64,000 nucleotides of DNA from an uncultured Actinomycetota bacterium (GTDB taxonomy: Bacteria > Actinomycetota > UBA4738), in contig CAWAGG010000006.1 in NCBI GenBank assembly GCA_963781595.1, positions 522,201 through 586,200 on the forward strand. The letters run 5' to 3'. The translations under genes were made by a program, and so were the position numbers. The notes beneath the pieces are model-generated. The model had not been told where the DNA came from, searched no databases, and saw nothing but the letters and a program-made list of their open reading frames with translations. Shown here piece after piece: positions 59,569 through 64,000 of the stretch; position 1 is the stretch's first letter, and the number at the start of each line of letters is the position of its first letter.

Positions 59569-59712
59569 ATGAACGGGTCGGCGAACGATCGTCGCGCCTT
59601 CGAGGAGGACCTGGTGAAGGACCTCCGGTACGAACGGTCCCTCCCGTGGCGGGAGCTCCTGGCGCTCGGGGTGGTCGTCGTGGTGGTCGTGCTGCACCGG
59701 CTGTTCGGGTGA
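59569..59712 (+). CDS. Small single-TM peptide (47 aa) overlapping GT2 stop
   Basis: MNGSANDRRAFEEDLVKDLRYERSLPWRELLALGVVVVVVVLHRLFG; start overlaps TGA of synthase. Confidence 0.35.
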   Translation: MNGSANDRRAFEEDLVKDLRYERSLPWRELLALGVVVVVVVLHRLFG

Positions 59713-59746
59713 CGCGAAGCGCCCGGCGCGGATCGGTAAAGCGGCT

Positions 59747-60994
59747 TTACGATCCCTTCGGGGCGGCGTTCGGAAGTCTGAGCTGGCCGGGGCGGCGTTC
59801 GACGTGCCGCACGAAGTGCTTGCCGAGCGTAACGGCCTGGTCCTGGTAGGACGAACCGAGGTCCCATCCGTAGAGGCGGTCGGGGATCGCCGCCATCCGT
59901 TCGAACGCGAGCTTGCAGACGGGCTGGCCGTGTTCGATCAGGAACGGGACGTCGTGCGCGCGGACCTCGAGCGCCGCCCGCGAGCCGACGGTCCCACCCT
60001 CCGGCGCGTGGCCGAACCCCGGATCGAAGAACCCCGCGTAATGCGTCCGGAGCTCGCCGCTGGTCGGGTCGTACGCGGTCATCTCGGACGCGACACTGGG
60101 CGGGATGCGGACGGCGTCGACGGACATCAGCAGGTAGAACTCCTCGGGCTCGAGGACCACGCCGCCGTGTTCGCCGCGGACGGGTTCCCAGAAGTCGTCG
60201 GGCGCGTGGTCGATCCGTGACATGTCGACGAGCTGGCTGTTCTTCTTCGCTCGGTAGCCGACCGAGCCGGTCCCGTCGGGCTCGAGGTCGAGGCCGAGGA
60301 ACACGCCGCCGCCCCGGATCAGGATGTCGCCCTCCTCGCGCGGCGAGCCGCCGCGGAACACGATCGGCGTCTCGGCGTGCAACGCCCGCACGTCGTCGCC
60401 GGACAGGCGAGTGTCCCCGCGGGCCAGCCTGAGCTGGTTCAGCGAGAGCCCCTCGCGGACCCGGATCGTGAACGAGAGCGGCACGACCTCCAGGTACAGC
60501 CGTCCGCGGTAGCCGGGGCGGATGTCGTCGAACGTCTGACCTTCGTCCGTGATGATCCGGGTGAACACGTCCAGCCGTCCGGTGGAGCTCTTCGGGTTCG
60601 CGCGGGCGTGCACGTCGTCGGGGAGGTCGAGCTCTTCGAGCAGCGGGATCAGGTAGGGACGGTTCGTCTCCAGGACCCCGCCCTCGCGGGTGAGGTCGAC
60701 CTCGCCCATCGCCAGGGTCTTCAGCCGGTCCTCGACCGGCGCGCGGCTGGGGAGGAACGAACACTGGAGCCTGTGCGCGACCGGGCCGATGCGGAGGTCG
60801 AGGCTCGCGGGCTGGAAGCTCGCGGGCGGGATCGGGGTCGTCGCTCCGACCAGCGCAGCTTCGGCGGCGGCTTCGAGCCACTGGATCGGGAAGACCCCGT
60901 CGCCGTGGAACGGGAATCGTTTCACCTGGGCATCGTAGAGCAGACCGGGCCGGTGGCCGTTCGCCGCACGAGGACCCTGTCCGGGAGCGGGTCG
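59747..60994 (-). CDS. 2'-deoxycytidine 5'-triphosphate deaminase (DCD, long-form) family protein
   Basis: LLYDAQVKRF... long dCTP-deaminase-like pattern; GTG start inferred, upstream extension spurious. Confidence 0.55.
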   Translation of the reverse strand, partial: RPAPGQGPRAANGHRPGLLYDAQVKRFPFHGDGVFPIQWLEAAAEAALVGATTPIPPASFQPASLDLRIGPVAHRLQCSFLPSRAPVEDRLKTLAMGEVDLTREGGVLETNRPYLIPLLEELDLPDDVHARANPKSSTGRLDVFTRIITDEGQTFDDIRPGYRGRLYLEVVPLSFTIRVREGLSLNQLRLARGDTRLSGDDVRALHAETPIVFRGGSPREEGDILIRGGGVFLGLDLEPDGTGSVGYRAKKNSQLVDMSRIDHAPDDFWEPVRGEHGGVVLEPEEFYLLMSVDAVRIPPSVASEMTAYDPTSGELRTHYAGFFDPGFGHAPEGGTVGSRAALEVRAHDVPFLIEHGQPVCKLAFERMAAIPDRLYGWDLGSSYQDQAVTLGKHFVRHVERRPGQLRLPNAAPKGS

Positions 60995-61084
60995 CACGGT
61001 CCGAGCCCGCGATGGACGGCGGCGCTCACTGGAGCACCCTCCTTGCGTGACTCGGGGTCGCTGCTGGCTGAAGCTCCCGCTTGA

Positions 61085-61277
61085 ACCCCCGGTGACCGCG
61101 GGGGGAGCGCCAGTGGCGCTCGCCCCTCGAGGGCCAGGATGAGATCCGCGCACCCCCGCGGGCCGGGACGCTTAGACCGGCTACAGGGAAACGCGCGTGA
61201 GAGCGCCAGTCAGTGAGCAACCGGCCCGGCGTCCCGACACCGCAGGGTGCCCCATCGTCGCAGGGAGGAGGGATGAG
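61085..61277 (+). ncRNA. Candidate IS110 bridge RNA in element left end
   Basis: Non-coding, multiple hairpins (e.g. GAGCGCC-agt-GGCGCTC at about 61109-61125; CCCCCGgtgaccGCGGGGG); position upstream of recombinase matches IS110-subgroup architecture. Confidence 0.3.
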
Positions 61278-62483
61278 GTGAAGCAGCTCTGGTGCGGGCT
61301 CGACTGGGCCAGCAGGACGCACGCCGTGTGCGTCGTCGACGACGCGGGTGAGATCCGGGCCCGCTTCGAGGTCCCCGACACCGGCAAGTCCTTCGCCGGC
61401 CTGGTGAAGCGCCTGGTGGAGCTGGAGGTCGCTGGCGTGGCGATCGAACGTCCCGACGGTCCCCTGGTGGAGGCCCTGCTCGAGGCCGGGCTCACGGTGC
61501 ACATGATCCCGCCGTCGATGCTGAAAGCGGTCCGGGCCCGCTACGGCGCGGCCGGGGCCAAGTCCGATCCCGGAGACGCGTTCGTCCTCGCCGACCTGCT
61601 CCGGACCGATCATCACCGGCTCGCGCCGCTCACGACCGACAGCCCGGCCACGAAGGGCCTGCGGGCGCTGACCCGGACCCGTAAGGATCTGGTAGCGGCC
61701 AGGGTGGCCCTGACCAACCAGCTCCTGGCGCAGCTGGGGGTGTGCTTCCCCGGCGCGGTGGGCCTGTTCGGCGACCTGCACTCGGCCGTCGCGGCGGCGT
61801 TCCTGCACCGCTACCCCACGGCGGCCAGGGCCGCCTCGCTCACCGAAGGCCGGCTGGCCGCGTTCCTGCGGCGGATCCACTACTGCGGGCGCACCCCCGT
61901 CACCGAGCTCCTCCGGCGGATCAAGGAGGCACCCCCGGCCGGCCTCGGTGCCGAGGAGGACGGGTCCAGGGCCGCCTGCGTCCTGGCGCTGGTGGAGGCG
62001 ATCCGGGCCTGTGAGGGCCGGGCCCGCGAGCTCGAGGCCGAGATCGTCGAGCGTCTGGAGATCCATCCCGACGCCCACGTGTTCACGAGCCTGCCGCGGG
62101 CCGGCCGCGGCGTCCGGGCCGCGACGCTGCTCGCCGAGATCGGCGACGTGAGGCAGCGGTTCCCCGACGCCGAGAGCTTGATGGCCCTCGCCGGCGCCGC
62201 TCCGGTCACCAGGGCCTCCGGCAAGTACCGGGTCGTCGCCTTCCGGTGGGCCTGCGACAAGAAGCTCCGCGCGGCCGTCGTGGAGTTCGCCGACGACTCC
62301 CGTCGCGCCTCCCCATGGGCCCGCGGGATCTACGAGCGCTCGATGGCGAGGGGCCATACGCATCCGCACGCGGTGCGCATCCTCGCCCGGGCCTGGCTCC
62401 GGGTGATCTGGCGTTGCTGGCAGGACGGCGCCGCGTACGACATCACCAAGCATCGAGGGGCGGTGGTGCCCATCGCCGCTTGA
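61278..62483 (+). CDS. IS110-family transposase/recombinase (DEDD RuvC-like N-domain + Tnp C-domain)
   Basis: GLDWASRTHAVCVVDDAGE; ...AIERPDG...; C-terminal GxxPxxxxSGxxx serine region; GGGAGGAGGG RBS before GTG. Confidence 0.85.
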   Translation: MKQLWCGLDWASRTHAVCVVDDAGEIRARFEVPDTGKSFAGLVKRLVELEVAGVAIERPDGPLVEALLEAGLTVHMIPPSMLKAVRARYGAAGAKSDPGDAFVLADLLRTDHHRLAPLTTDSPATKGLRALTRTRKDLVAARVALTNQLLAQLGVCFPGAVGLFGDLHSAVAAAFLHRYPTAARAASLTEGRLAAFLRRIHYCGRTPVTELLRRIKEAPPAGLGAEEDGSRAACVLALVEAIRACEGRARELEAEIVERLEIHPDAHVFTSLPRAGRGVRAATLLAEIGDVRQRFPDAESLMALAGAAPVTRASGKYRVVAFRWACDKKLRAAVVEFADDSRRASPWARGIYERSMARGHTHPHAVRILARAWLRVIWRCWQDGAAYDITKHRGAVVPIAA

Positions 62484-62500
62484 GGTTGACACAGGGAGTC

Positions 62501-63694
62501 TCATCCGTTCGACCGGAGAGCGCGGAAGAGGGCGATCGGGGTCGTCACGCCCTTGAGCCCTGGGTGACCCCGGTCCTCGAACGTCAGATCGGACGCGTCG
62601 GCGGCGGCTTCGACGACCCTTCCGGCGACGATGACTTCGCCGGCTCGTGCCACTCCGACGATGCGTGAGGCGATGTTGACCGTTCGGCCGAAGCAGTCGC
62701 CATCGCGCCAGATGACGGGCCCCGCGTCGATGCCGACGTGCGCCGGCGGCAGGTCCGCGTCCGGGAGACGTTCGACCAGCTCGAGCGCGCAGCGCACCGC
62801 CTGCGGTGGGTCGGGGAAGTGCAGCAGCACGCCGTCGCCCAGGGACTTGATCACGTCGCCGCCGAAGCGCCCGACGGGATCCTGCACCGAACTGCCCAAG
62901 ACCAGCGCGTGATCCGCAGCCGCCTCGTCGCCCTGCGCCTCCGTCAGCGCCGCGTAGCCGCTGAGGTCCACGAACACGATCGCAGGGGGACGCGCCGGCC
63001 TCGGCGGCGCGATACCCGCCGACTCGATCGCCTCCTCGACCAGCTCGACGACGCGCTGGAACGTCTGGTGCTCGATCGCCCGGCGAAGGAGCCACAGGAA
63101 CTGCCGCTCCAGCGAGCCCTCCATGAGGGCGCCGAACGCGGCGCCTGCGTCGAGGATCTGACGTGGCGTCCCGCCGGCGCTACGGATCGGGTCCTCGACG
63201 AACGCTCTGAAGACGTCCAGCCCCCAGTTCGCCAGGCGCCGGGCGCTGTCACCGGTCACGTTCGCCGCGCGGCGGAGGGTCCGCTCCTCGATCGGGCCGA
63301 TCGCGATGAACCGTGCGAACTCCTCGAACGTGGTCGCCTCGTCCTCGCGGATCCGGTCATCAGGTTCCGGACGAGGCAGGCCCCACGCCGGATACAGCCC
63401 GACGAGCGTCTCCGCCTCGAGGCCGAGGCGTTCGGCCTCGTCCCGGTACGTGGTCGAGGTGCGGCCCGGCGGTTCCCCGAGCACCGCCGGCACGAAGTCG
63501 AACGACAGCGCGCCTTCCCCGACGGCGCGTCCGAGCGCCTCGAACGGGATCCCGGCGCGGTCGAGCGCCTCGGCAAGCCGCACGCGCTGGACGTCGCCGG
63601 GTTCGAAGGCACGGCCGATGACGCCCAGCTCGACCAGGCGGACGATCCGTTCCTCCGTGCTGCCGGAGGCGGTGGCCAGCTCGGCGATCGTCAT
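62501..63694 (-). CDS. MerR-type HTH fused to class III adenylate/guanylate cyclase catalytic domain
   Basis: N-term MTIAELATASGSTEERIVRLVELGVI (MerR HTH); C-term FVDLSGYAALTE...GDGVLLHF...GRTVNIASRI cyclase motifs. Confidence 0.75.
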   Translation of the reverse strand: MTIAELATASGSTEERIVRLVELGVIGRAFEPGDVQRVRLAEALDRAGIPFEALGRAVGEGALSFDFVPAVLGEPPGRTSTTYRDEAERLGLEAETLVGLYPAWGLPRPEPDDRIREDEATTFEEFARFIAIGPIEERTLRRAANVTGDSARRLANWGLDVFRAFVEDPIRSAGGTPRQILDAGAAFGALMEGSLERQFLWLLRRAIEHQTFQRVVELVEEAIESAGIAPPRPARPPAIVFVDLSGYAALTEAQGDEAAADHALVLGSSVQDPVGRFGGDVIKSLGDGVLLHFPDPPQAVRCALELVERLPDADLPPAHVGIDAGPVIWRDGDCFGRTVNIASRIVGVARAGEVIVAGRVVEAAADASDLTFEDRGHPGLKGVTTPIALFRALRSNG

Positions 63695-63743
63695 GGTCGG
63701 CACCTCGCGAGATGGTAGCCCGGAGGCTGGGTAAGGTTGGTCG

Positions 63744-64000
63744 ATGCCGAAGCGCGTCGAGGTCCTGGAGATCGCCGGCCGCGAGGTCACGATCTCGAAC
63801 CCGGACAAGGTGTTCTTCGCGAACGAGGGCGGCGAGGCCGGCCCGGGCGGGCCGGTCACGAAGCTCGACATGGTGCGGTACTACCTGGCCGTCGCCCCCG
63901 GGGCGCTGCGCGGGGTCGACGGCCGCCCGATGGCGATGAAGCGCTTCGTGAACGGCGCGGCGGGGGAGTTCTTCTTCCAGAAGCGCGCGCCCGAGTCGAG
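63744..64000 (+). CDS. LigD polymerase (primase-polymerase) domain protein, 5' partial (NHEJ)
   Basis: ISNPDKVFF...TKLDMVRYYLAVAPGALRGVDGRPMAMKRFVNGAAGEFFFQKRAP matches LigD Pol-domain N-terminus; runs off window. Confidence 0.6.
   Translation, partial: MPKRVEVLEIAGREVTISNPDKVFFANEGGEAGPGGPVTKLDMVRYYLAVAPGALRGVDGRPMAMKRFVNGAAGEFFFQKRAPES

Larger units (their letters stand above)
61080..62500 (+). mobile_element. IS110-family insertion sequence (boundaries approximate)
   Basis: DEDD-type transposase gene plus about 200 bp structured 5' non-coding region; inserted between dCTP-deaminase-like gene 5' region and cyclase gene 3' end. Confidence 0.6.

Overview
This 64 kb window is a high-GC (about 70%) chromosomal segment with dense, mostly overlapping or translationally coupled genes and actinobacterial-type families (PAC2, mycothiol-style LmbE, DUF2207, ECF sigma/anti-sigma). 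Most of it is ordinary housekeeping and accessory metabolism: a UvrD-like helicase, a tryptophanase/tyrosine-phenol-lyase-family enzyme followed by a methyltransferase and a GNAT, two ABC-2 exporters, several MFS transporters, HtrA, FumC, a FadH-like old-yellow-enzyme, MsrB, an M20 hydrolase, an M1 peptidase, aldo/keto reductases and a sulfite-oxidase-like protein. I found no rRNA, tRNA or CRISPR. Six regions stand out.

- **RNA repair gene (129..2693):** a full-length bacterial Pnkp (kinase, phosphatase and ligase domains) whose start overlaps the stop of an upstream partial gene.
- **Decayed toxin islet (27165..29490):** a roughly 2.3 kb lower-GC stretch carrying a frameshifted RHS C-terminal core fragment plus small orphan ORFs, consistent with a decayed polymorphic-toxin/immunity island.
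- **Toxin-antitoxin pair (47603..48279):** a lower-GC segment with a BrnT/BrnA-like pair.
- **IS110-family element (about 61080..62500):** includes roughly 200 bp of structured 5' non-coding sequence that could encode a bridge RNA.
- **Candidate novel operon (55129..59712):** five tightly coupled genes — a response-regulator receiver fused to a PIG-L/LmbE deacetylase, an ATP-grasp ligase, a PHP phosphoesterase, a PgaC/NodC-like processive GT2 synthase and a 48-aa membrane peptide. This looks like an uncharacterised, phospho-regulated glycan synthesis and modification system.
- **Disrupted genes:** a GNAT and an AraC regulator are frameshifted in homopolymer runs, and an MFS transporter has a TAG at codon 4. 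These could be real decay or sequencing error.

All calls rest on reading the translated ORFs and motifs by eye; no database search was run.
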